From: Candidatus Binatia bacterium
GTDB taxonomy: Bacteria > Desulfobacterota > Binatia > UBA9968 > JAJDTQ01
DNA length: 64,000 nucleotides
Reading direction: 5' to 3'
Assembly: GCA_963666515.2 (NCBI GenBank)
Contig: OY762897.2
Span: 2,880,001-2,944,000, forward strand
Part shown: piece after piece, positions 55,609 through 64,000 of the stretch
Layout: each line of letters begins with the position of its first letter
Position numbering within the stretch: the stretch's first letter is position 1
The notes under the pieces: generated by a model
What the model was told of the DNA's origin: nothing
What the model saw: only the letters and a program-made list of their open reading frames with translations
Database searches by the model: none
Made by a program: the position numbers and the translations under genes

Positions 55609-56556
55609 ATGGCGAGACGGAAACCCGATAGACGCAGCCGCCTGCCGTATCGCATCCGCTATCGAACCGGCGAATACTTGGTGCGAGCACTCGTCGCCGT
55701 CCTCGGCCGGCTTCCGGCGTCCGCCAGGCCGTACCTCGCCTGGATCGTGGAACAGGCGAGCTACCTGCTGCTCTGGCAATTCCGCAAGCGGATGCGCGAC
55801 ACCCTCCAACTCACCATGGGCGAAGAGCTGCCCACCGATGCGGAGCGCCGCGCCGTCGTTCGAGGCGCCTGGAGAAACTTCACCCACGCGCTCGTCGAAA
55901 CCTTCGCCTCCCTCTACATGACCAGGGAAGAACTGTGCTCGCGGATCGAAATCAAGGGCGAGGAACGCCTGCGCGCGGCTCTGGCCCGGGGCAAGGGCGT
56001 GATCGCACTGAGCGCTCATTTCGGCAACTTCACCATCATCGGCCCCCGGCTGCTGGCCCAGGGCCATGACTTCAGCGTCGTGATCAAGCTGCCGCAGGAG
56101 AGTCGATTCGCCGCGTTGCAGAACGAGTACTGCGCCCGCGCCGGCGTCAACGTCATCCCGGCCCGCCCCAGCCGTGCCGCCGTCGTGCAGATCATCACGG
56201 CGTTGCGGCGGAACGGGATCGTCCTGCTGATCCCGGACGAGTTCAAGACCCACGGCGTGGAGGTGGACTTTCTCGGCCGCCGCGCGCCGGCGCCAAAGGG
56301 GCCCATCACCCTCGCCCAACGCACCGGCGCCGCCGTGCTCCCCGTCTTCATGGTCCGCGACGCCCGGGACCGGCTGACGCTCCACGTCGAGCCCGAAGTC
56401 CGGTTCGTTCAGACCGACGACCGGGAGGCCGACCTCCGCACCAATGCCCGGCTGTTCGTCCAGGAAATCGAGAAGATGGTGCGCCGCCATCCGGACCACT
56501 GGAGCTGGATGGGGTTCCGCAGGCCTCGCAAGAGGGACGCCGCCGGCGCAGCGTGA
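55609..56556 (+). CDS. lipid A lauroyl/lysophospholipid acyltransferase family (HtrB/LpxL-like)
   Basis: GKGVI..SAHFGN, V.FLG, GP..LA..TGA, RRHPDHW.W. Confidence 0.8.
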   Translation: MARRKPDRRSRLPYRIRYRTGEYLVRALVAVLGRLPASARPYLAWIVEQASYLLLWQFRKRMRDTLQLTMGEELPTDAERRAVVRGAWRNFTHALVETFASLYMTREELCSRIEIKGEERLRAALARGKGVIALSAHFGNFTIIGPRLLAQGHDFSVVIKLPQESRFAALQNEYCARAGVNVIPARPSRAAVVQIITALRRNGIVLLIPDEFKTHGVEVDFLGRRAPAPKGPITLAQRTGAAVLPVFMVRDARDRLTLHVEPEVRFVQTDDREADLRTNARLFVQEIEKMVRRHPDHWSWMGFRRPRKRDAAGAA

Positions 56557-56625
56557 CGATCGACGCCGCTGGCCGGCCCGCGTGTGGGGAGGCATGGCGC
56601 GTACAAGGAATGACACGGAGCATCC

Positions 56626-57396
56626 ATGGACCTGGGCTTGACCGGAAGAGTGGCCATGATCAGCGGGGCGAGCCGAGGCATCGGCAAGGCCGTCGCGTCG
56701 GGGCTCGCCGCAGAAGGCTGCCGGCTCAGCCTTTGCGCCAGGGGCCGGACCGATCTCGACGAAACCGTCCGTGAGCTGCGAGCTCAGGACGCGGACGTGC
56801 TCGCGTCGACCCTGGACGTCACCGACGAGAACGCCGCCCGCGGGTGGTTCGACGAGACCCGTGAACACTTCGGCGCCGTCGACGTCCTGGTGAACAACGT
56901 CGGCGGCTCGCGCCCCGGCGGCAACCTGTCGGCCTCCGCCGACGATTGGCGCCGGGGCTTTTCCCTGAACTTCTTCTCCGCCCTCGACCTCTGCCGCCTG
57001 GTGGTGCCGTCCATGCAGGAACGCGGACGGGGTTGCGTCATCAACATCGCATCCATCTACGGCCGCGAGTGGGGCGGCCCCATGACCTACAATGCCGCGA
57101 AGGCGGCCATGATCAGCTTGTCCAAGGAAATGGCCCGGGAACTGGCGCCCGACGGCATCCGCGTCAACAGCGTCGCCCCCGGCTCCATCCTGTTCCCCGG
57201 CGGCTCCTGGGACCGGCGGCAAAAGGAAGACCCCGAAGGCATCGCCGCCTTCGTCCAGCGCGAGATACCCGCCGGCCGCTTCGGCACCCCGCAGGAGGTG
57301 GCCGATGTGGTGGTCTTCCTCGCCTCCGACCGGGCCAACTGGATCTCCGGCGCCTGCATCAACGTGGACGGGTGCCAGTCGAGGTCGCTGATCTGA
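56626..57396 (+). CDS. SDR family oxidoreductase
   Basis: GASRGIG, VNNVG, YNAAK, RVNSVAPG. Confidence 0.93.
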   Translation: MDLGLTGRVAMISGASRGIGKAVASGLAAEGCRLSLCARGRTDLDETVRELRAQDADVLASTLDVTDENAARGWFDETREHFGAVDVLVNNVGGSRPGGNLSASADDWRRGFSLNFFSALDLCRLVVPSMQERGRGCVINIASIYGREWGGPMTYNAAKAAMISLSKEMARELAPDGIRVNSVAPGSILFPGGSWDRRQKEDPEGIAAFVQREIPAGRFGTPQEVADVVVFLASDRANWISGACINVDGCQSRSLI

Positions 57397-57477
57397 TGAC
57401 AGGCTGCCCGGCTTGAAGGGGTGTCCTTGCTGAAATGGTTGGTGACCAGACTCAACCGGACCACACGGAGGCGTATC

Positions 57478-58089
57478 ATGAAACGGACCATGCTGATCGT
57501 TGTCGCGACGCTTTCGCTTGCCGCTCACACGGCAGGCGCACAGCAACTCGAGAAGGCGGTCTTCGCCGGCGGCTGCTTCTGGTGCGTCGAGTCGGACTTC
57601 GACAAGGTGCCGGGGGTGGTGTCAACGATCTCGGGCTACACCGGCGGCAAGACCGAGAACCCTACGTACAAGCAGGTCACGTATGGCGACACGGGCCACT
57701 ACGAGGCGGTGGAGATCACCTACGATCCGGCCAAGGTCAGCTACGAGATGCTGCTCACCGCCTTCTGGCGCTCGGTGGACCCCACCGACGACGGCGGGCA
57801 GTTCTGTGACCGCGGCCACTCCTACAAGACCGCCGTCTTCGTGGCGAACGAAAAGGAACGCGGCCTGGCCGAGGCCTCGAAAAACGCCGCGCAGAAGGCC
57901 CTGGGCAAGCCCATCGTCACCCCGATCCTCGCCGCCATGCGGTTTTACCCCGCGGAAGACTATCACCAGGACTATTACATGGTGAATCCGATCCGCTACA
58001 ACTATTACCGCTTCTCCTGCGGCCGGAACCGGAGGGTCAAGGATCTATGGGGTGAGCAGGCTTACCAAGGCATCCCAGGCCACGGGTAA
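57478..58089 (+). CDS. msrA: exported peptide-methionine (S)-S-oxide reductase
   Basis: Signal peptide; AGGCFWC, GYTGG, GQFCDRG, AEDYHQDY. Confidence 0.95.
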   Translation: MKRTMLIVVATLSLAAHTAGAQQLEKAVFAGGCFWCVESDFDKVPGVVSTISGYTGGKTENPTYKQVTYGDTGHYEAVEITYDPAKVSYEMLLTAFWRSVDPTDDGGQFCDRGHSYKTAVFVANEKERGLAEASKNAAQKALGKPIVTPILAAMRFYPAEDYHQDYYMVNPIRYNYYRFSCGRNRRVKDLWGEQAYQGIPGHG

Positions 58090-58212
58090 GTGTGGCTCAG
58101 GCGCCGTATGAAATGCGTTGAGAAGAAGTTCGCAGGCGGCCCCTTTTCGAGCACACCGCCGCGCCCTACACCCCGACTCCGCCGCCGTCCAGTCCAAGAA
58201 ACCAGGACTACC

Positions 58213-58902
58213 TCAAACATCTTCCTCGAGGATTTGACCGTGCTCCCTTAGCCAGCCACGCGCTCTATCCATGGTGGGGGCTTGTGTCTTCACTATGTTC
58301 CAGAATCGCGGCGTATGGTTGGGCTCTAAGAGGTGGGCGAGTTCATGGGTGATAACGTAATCGACCACAAAGATCGGCGCCTTAATCAATCGCCAGTTCA
58401 GGTTGATGTTGCCTCGAACTGTGCATGAGCCCCACCGATATCGACTATCAACGATGTGCCCCTGCCCGAAGGAAACGCCAAGCTCTCGAGCCTGCTTCAC
58501 AACGCGAGGTAAAATTCGCTCCCTTGCTCGCGCGATGTACCACTCACGCATCGCACCCTTCTTGTCAAGCGCGCCTGATGCCGGAATCAGAAAACGCTGG
58601 TCAAACCGAACACGTTCCGTCTCTTTGTCGATGACTTCGATACGGTAACTCCGCCCAAGATATAGCGCGGACTCACCATCAACGAGCTCTTTACCGGGTG
58701 GATGAGGGCGTTCCGTGTATTTTTGGCTATGCCGTGTTTTCTCGTAGATCCAAGGACGCTTGGCTTCGACTATCCGCACAATTGCTTCATCGGAAGCGTG
58801 ATTCGGAGCGTGCACAACAACCTTTCTGTCACGCTCGATAGTGATCGTGACCTTCTTTCGCTTTGAAGATCTTTTTACCGAGTAGGTAATGTCCATCGTC
58901 AT
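58213..58902 (-). CDS. YgjP/DUF45 (M48-like) metallopeptidase associated with Type I R-M
   Basis: RWGSC, LNWRL, DYVITHELAHL..PNH...FW; overlaps the hsdR stop. Confidence 0.9.
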   Translation of the reverse strand: MTMDITYSVKRSSKRKKVTITIERDRKVVVHAPNHASDEAIVRIVEAKRPWIYEKTRHSQKYTERPHPPGKELVDGESALYLGRSYRIEVIDKETERVRFDQRFLIPASGALDKKGAMREWYIARARERILPRVVKQARELGVSFGQGHIVDSRYRWGSCTVRGNINLNWRLIKAPIFVVDYVITHELAHLLEPNHTPRFWNIVKTQAPTMDRARGWLREHGQILEEDV

Positions 58903-60799
58903 TCGCCCGCGAAAAGAATGATGTCATTGTTCTTTTCAGCTATCTCCATAACTCGGCTAATGATGTGCGCACGATTCTTGATGAGGTTGGGTACTTTGGC
59001 GAACTCGGGCGCGATCAGGATTTTTTGGATCTCTGCTTTCAGTTTGTTGCGGGCCGGAATGCTCTCCCAGAATCCTGCCAATTTCAGCTCTCTCTCAATG
59101 ACGAGAGTAGTCTGCTGTGTCAAATCTACAAGATAGCTGATTCGGTCTTCATCGTCGATGCCATCATAGACAGCTTGCTCCTCAGCCACCTGATTCTGCT
59201 TCACAGTCGGATTATCTGCACCGAACAGCTCACGCTGAAACATTCGAAAGAATGGCATTTGCTTTTTTCGATGCAATCCGTATGTTGGCTCGTTGCGGGC
59301 ATTGAGAATGCGCGCCCGCAGCTTCTCTAGTTCTTCGTAGATCTTGTTCCAGTTGTCGCGGAATTGCTCAAATATGGCCGCCAAGGCCTCGGCGAAGGAG
59401 GCTCGCAGGTCCGGATCATCGTCCAGGTCTACGTCGAGGTGGTGGCGTATCGCGTGCTCGATCTCGGCCGCCTTGGTCTTGGTGCGGTGGTGCTCGCCGA
59501 CACCCTTCTCGAAATCCTCGTCAAGGATCGAGATCGGCGGGACCTTTACATCGATGCCCCGAGACTCGAGGTGGGTGTCGGTGATTGTACGAAGCTTCGC
59601 CGGGATCCCCTTCATGCTCAGGCGCTGGTCGCGGAAGTGTTTTCCAGCGAGCACATTGATCTCGGCAAGCGCCTTGTAGTCGCCTATGAATTCGAGGGCT
59701 TGGCGGGCCGGGAAAAGCAGATTGAGCGACTTGGTCAGCCGCTTGAACGCCAGCATGAAGTCAAAGCGCAGATCCTCGTCGTAGAACACATCGTAGAAGG
59801 CGTCATGATCGCTCATGTCCGTGAGTCCATGCTTCTGGAGCAGGTCCATCACGGTTGCGTGGGCTTCCTTGAGTTCCCGCAACTCCTCATCGGGGAAGCT
59901 CAGGGCATCGATGATCTCCTTCTGCTCGCGCTCGTCGTAGGTGTCGATCGCCTTCTTGAGGTGGTGGCCAATACCGACATAGTCCACCACGAAGCCCTTG
60001 TCCTTGGACTCGCCGCTTACGCGGTTCACGCGGGCGATGGCCTGCAGCAGGTTATGGGCAACCACGACCCTGTCCAGATACATCACCTGCTCGACCGGCG
60101 CATCGAAACCGGTAATCAGCATGTTGTTGACAATGAGGATACCCAGGTCGCCGTTGACACCGTCTTCTTCACTGCCGAACGCCAGTTTGAAGCTCTTGAT
60201 GCTCGCCTCGTGCCGTGATGAGTCGGAATACTCCTTGAGGTGAGGCAGGTCGTTGTGGCGTCCGGAGATCACGACGTCCGTCTTCATCGCCTTGAGGCGG
60301 TCCAGGACCAGCTTGCCCGTGTCGGCATGCTCCAGCTTCGCGACAGCCGCCGCGAGCGCGGCGTCCAGGTGCTTCTTGTACCGCACGGCAGCCTCGCGTG
60401 ACGTCGCCACCACCTGCGCCTTGTAGCCGTTGGGCAACACATGTGCGAGGTAGTGCTCCACCATGTCCCTGGCCTTGGCCTCGATGGTGGGCTCTGCCTC
60501 GAGATAGGCGTCGCGCGATCCGTACCCGAGGATGTCGAGACGCTGCTGGATGTTGTACTCGCTGAACACGTCCTCGAACGCCGCGTCCATCCCGCCCTGG
60601 TCGGGAACCTCCGCGTTATGCGTGCGGCCCTCGTAGACGATCTCCAGCGTCACGCCGTCCTGGATGGACTGGCGCATCGTGTACTTGTCGATGTAGTCGC
60701 CAAAGACTTGCTCGGTTTTGTCGATTGGCGTGCCCGTGTAGCCGATCTTGGCGGCGTTGGGGATGCCCTTGTCGAGGTTGGCCCCAAGCAGCTTGTACT

Positions 60800-62188
60800 G
60801 AGCTACATTCAAAAGTGGTGTACGGGGGGAGTTGAAGGAGGCGGCGCGACTCTGCTGAAATGGGGCTTGGAAGAGCAACGTTTCAGCGGGAAAGGAGAAG
60901 CGCCACCATGGAGAAGGATAGGAGAGAAGGGGCCGGGAGTCCAGCGGAATTTCGGGATGAGTTGAGCGAGATGCTGCGAGAGGGAGCACAAGCGATGATC
61001 CGGGCGGCGGTGGAGGCGGAGTTGGAGAGCTTTCTGGGAGGGCATGAGGGGGAGCGTGATGGGAGGGGGAGGCGAGCGGTGGTACGGAACGGGTATCAGC
61101 GGGAACGGGAGGTGTTGACGGGGTTGGGGCCTGTGAAGGTGCAGGTGCCGAAGACGCGGGATCGAGCGGGCAAGGGGCGGTGTTTTCGCTCGGAGTTGTT
61201 GCCGCCGTACTTGAGGAAGGCTCGGCGGGTGGAGGCGGTGGTGCCGTGGCTGTATCTGAAGGGGGTGTCGACGAACGACTTTGGGGAAGCGCTGGAGGCG
61301 TTGTTCGGGGGCGAGGTGAAGGGGCTGTCGCCGGCAGCGATCACGCGGATGAAGCGGGTGTGGGAGGAGCAGTACGCGGAGTGGCAGGAGCGGGACTGGC
61401 ACGGGCACGAGTTCGTGTATGTGTGGGCGGACGGGATCTACGTGAACATCCGGCAGGAGGAGCGGCGTTGTATCCTGGTGGTGGTGGGCTGCGACATTCA
61501 CGGACGCAAGCACTTCCTGGCTCTGGACGCTGGGTTTCGGGAGTCCTTGGAGAGTTGGAAAGCCCTTCTGTTGAGCCTCAGAGACCGTGGCGTGAAGGCG
61601 CCGAAGCTGGCGGTGGGTGACGGAGCGCTGGGGTTCTGGACGGCCCTGGCCGAAGTCTATCCCGAAACCCGCACCCAGCGCTGCTGGGTGCACAAGACCG
61701 CCAATGTCCTGGACAAGCTGCCCAAGCGCGTCCAGCCTGAAGCCAAGTCGATGATCCACGACATCTGGATGGCCGATACTCGCAAAAGCGCCGAACAGGC
61801 CCTGGACCGTTTCTGTGGCACCTACGAAGCCAAGTACCCCAAGGCGGTGGACTGCCTGAGCCGCGACCGCGACACGTTGCTCACCTTCTATGACTTCCCC
61901 GCAGCTCACTGGCAGCATCTGCGTACCACCAACCCCATCGAGTCCACCTTCGCCACCATCCGGCTACGAACCGTGAAGACCCGGAACTGCCTCAGCGTCA
62001 CCACCGCCCTGAGCCTGGTGCATCAACTGGCCATGAGCGCTCAAAAGCGATGGCGCCGGCTCCGGGGGTTCGGTCAACTCGCTGACTTGGTCGCCAAGGT
62101 GAAGTTCGTCGATGGCGTCGATGAAAGGGAGACCCGTAGAAAAGCCGCCTGATTCAGCTCGGCCATACACCAGATTTGACAGTAGCTC
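60800..62188 (+). mobile_element. IS256-family insertion sequence, 1389 bp
   Basis: 26-bp imperfect TIRs GAGCTACATTCAAAAGTGGTGTACGG and CCATACACCAGATTTGACAGTAGCTC; 8-bp TSD CTTGTACT at 60792-60799 and 62189-62196. Confidence 0.95.
60908..62152 (+). CDS. IS256 family transposase
   Basis: RNGY, LYLKGVST, WADGIY, VGDGALGF, QRCWVHK, RTTNPIES. Confidence 0.95.
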   Translation: MEKDRREGAGSPAEFRDELSEMLREGAQAMIRAAVEAELESFLGGHEGERDGRGRRAVVRNGYQREREVLTGLGPVKVQVPKTRDRAGKGRCFRSELLPPYLRKARRVEAVVPWLYLKGVSTNDFGEALEALFGGEVKGLSPAAITRMKRVWEEQYAEWQERDWHGHEFVYVWADGIYVNIRQEERRCILVVVGCDIHGRKHFLALDAGFRESLESWKALLLSLRDRGVKAPKLAVGDGALGFWTALAEVYPETRTQRCWVHKTANVLDKLPKRVQPEAKSMIHDIWMADTRKSAEQALDRFCGTYEAKYPKAVDCLSRDRDTLLTFYDFPAAHWQHLRTTNPIESTFATIRLRTVKTRNCLSVTTALSLVHQLAMSAQKRWRRLRGFGQLADLVAKVKFVDGVDERETRRKAA

Positions 62189-63503
62189 CTTGTACTGCGA
62201 TCGGTGGGCCTCGTCGGTCATGACGAGAATGTTGGGGCTGGCGTTCAACTCCGGGAAGGCCTCGGTCAGGTCCGCCTCGCGGAACTTGTGGATCATCGCC
62301 ATCACCAAGTCGGAGGTGTCGGCGCTGAGCAGTTCCTTGAGCCCCGTGATGCTGTCGGCCAGCTTCACCGTGAAGCCGATGCTCTGACTGGTCTCGGAGA
62401 GCTGCTGTTCCAATTGGGTGCGGTCGGTGATGAAGACGACCTTCCAGTTCGAGAGCTGCGCGTGACGGTACATCTCCCGAACCATGAACATCATGGTGAG
62501 TGACTTGCCGGAGCCTTGGGTGTGCCAGATGATGCCGCTGCGCTCGCGGGGATTACGGCCTTCGATCAGCCGCTTCACCGCCAGTTTCACCGCGCGGAAC
62601 TGTTGGTAGCGGCCGACGATCTTGATCGTCTGACCTTTGTCATTCGTCGAGAACAGCGTGAAGGTCCGAATCAAGTCGAGCAGGTTGTCCCGGTCGAGCA
62701 TGCCGGCGACGAGACGTTGCTGGTCGTTAGGGCTACCTGAGCCGTGGTCCAGCTCGTCCACGGTCCGTGGATACGGGTCGGCCCAGCGGTAGAAGTACTT
62801 CTCCGTGTGCGTGGTGATGGTGCCGAACTTGGCTTCCTGCCGGCAGGTCGCAACGACGAACTGGTTGTAGTAGAAGAGCGGCGCATTCCCTTCCCCTTTG
62901 GCCCCGCGCTGCTCGCTGTAGCGGAGAAGCTGATCGATCGCCTCCGGAATCGCGTCCTTGACCTTGGGCGATTTGCACTCGATCAGCACCACCGGCAGGC
63001 CGTTGAGGAACAGCACGACGTCGGGGATGATATGGTGCTCGGTGCCGAGTACGCGGACCTTGAACTGGCAGATCGCTATGAAGCGGTTGTTGTCGCGGGT
63101 CGCAAAGTCCACGAAGCGGACGGTCGGGCTCTTCTCGCCACTCCGGCGGTTCTCGCTGACGCTGGTGTTCTCCAGCAGGAGTTGGAACAGGTGCTTGTTG
63201 TTCCCCAGCAAACCGGTGCTCGGGAAGCTCGCAGTGAGCTGCTTGACGACCTCCTCGACTTGATCGTCTTCGAGCCAGGGGTTGATGACCTTGAGCTGCT
63301 CGCGCAGCACCGGCGGCATCACGACCTCGGTAAAGCTCTCCCGTTGGGTGTCGGCCGGGGTCTGCTTCATGTCCGTCAGATCGATGACCTCCCAGCCCAA
63401 GCCCGCAAGCTGGTCGAGCAGAGGCTTCTCGACGTGGTTGCGCTCGTCAAGGCGTAACACTTCAGGTGACTTTGCGGGGCCGGGCATGCTTGTGTCCTGA
63501 AGT

Positions 63504-64000
63504 TCAGATCGGAGGATCGCCGTTCACCCAGCCAGCTGGAGGCGTCTTCCAGATTCCTTCTGGTGGTGCGCTTGAACCGGCTCCAATAAGCAACCCTCCC
63601 GCAACAGTGTTGGGCTTCGGTCGGTTGACCAGTTTCTCCGGGCAGATTTCTGCAAACGCTATCGCTACCTGGGGCTGACCATGGGAATGAAAGACTTGTC
63701 GGTGAAATGGCTTATCGAAGGGCATGAAGAATGAGCTTCCACCAAACTGACCGTTGTTCACTAAGAGTACGCCCTGATACATGTGGTAATGCAACGCCTC
63801 CGACATCCTGTCGAACGCCCCGACATCCCGGTTGAGCGCACAGATGATGTAGAGATCACTTCGTGATCGAAGGTCGGCCGCGAGTGTCAGGTCCGTCGCG
63901 TCGTAGCACACCGACGCGGTGATGGTCAGTGGGCGATGATCACGGTTCGAACTCCACTTGTACTCTACGAGCCATTGCGCAGGTCGAAATCCGATGGGGG
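63504..64000 (-). CDS. C-terminal nitrilase-like domain of a large protein that starts outside the window, probably an RT-nitrilase fusion
   Basis: The frame is open to the window edge: PIGFRPAQWLVEY...TASVCYDATD..LAADL...ALNRDV..FD...ALHYHMYQ.V.LVN.G.FGGS. Confidence 0.65.
   Translation of the reverse strand, partial: PIGFRPAQWLVEYKWSSNRDHRPLTITASVCYDATDLTLAADLRSRSDLYIICALNRDVGAFDRMSEALHYHMYQGVLLVNNGQFGGSSFFMPFDKPFHRQVFHSHGQPQVAIAFAEICPEKLVNRPKPNTVAGGLLIGAGSSAPPEGIWKTPPAGWVNGDPPI

Larger units (their letters stand above)
58899..63487 (-). pseudogene. hsdR: Type I restriction enzyme subunit R split by IS256
   Basis: N-part: PDVVLFLNGLP..IECK, WHTQGSGKS, DEAHRSQYK. C-part: GYTGTP, MLITGFDAP, LQAIARVNR. 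Removing the IS and one TSD restores a 1063-codon frame. Confidence 0.93.

Noticed and set aside
60809-60989. N-terminus of the 696-aa HsdR C-terminal ORF as a real start
   Set aside because: It derives from IS256 sequence; the hsdR-derived part begins at the TSD.

Overview
High-GC bacterial chromosome segment. The gene content suggests a Gram-negative, deltaproteobacterial or Binatia-like organism (inference only). The housekeeping backbone has plsX-rpmF-yceD, yebC-ruvCAB, an NtrY-like kinase followed by a receiver-domain/LpxC fusion, rlpA, acnA, mfd-surA-pdxA-uvrA, iscS-iscA-nifS and msrA. Two CoA-dependent catabolic clusters are present: CitE/ACAD/MaoC/CaiB and UbiD/crotonase/CoA ligase with a TTT transporter. 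There are three accessory defence regions. (i) ~25.6-35.0 kb: YhcG, a hypothetical plus a DUF2791/BrxD-like ATPase cut by an IS1380, a frameshifted Type III Res-like gene and a stand-alone TIR protein. (ii) ~38.4-39.7 kb: an HTH-fused DNA methyltransferase with a leaderless, palindrome-containing promoter and a remnant convergent partner. (iii) 58.2-64 kb: a Type I R-M locus with hsdR split by an IS256, preceded by the nitrilase-like C-terminus of a probable RT-nitrilase. Several REP-like palindrome families occur, plus a 192-bp MITE inserted into the loop of one REP. The strongest candidate for an undescribed system is the NtrY-like kinase + REC-LpxC pair, which may give direct phospho-control of lipid A synthesis. 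All family assignments come from motif recognition by eye; no database search was run.
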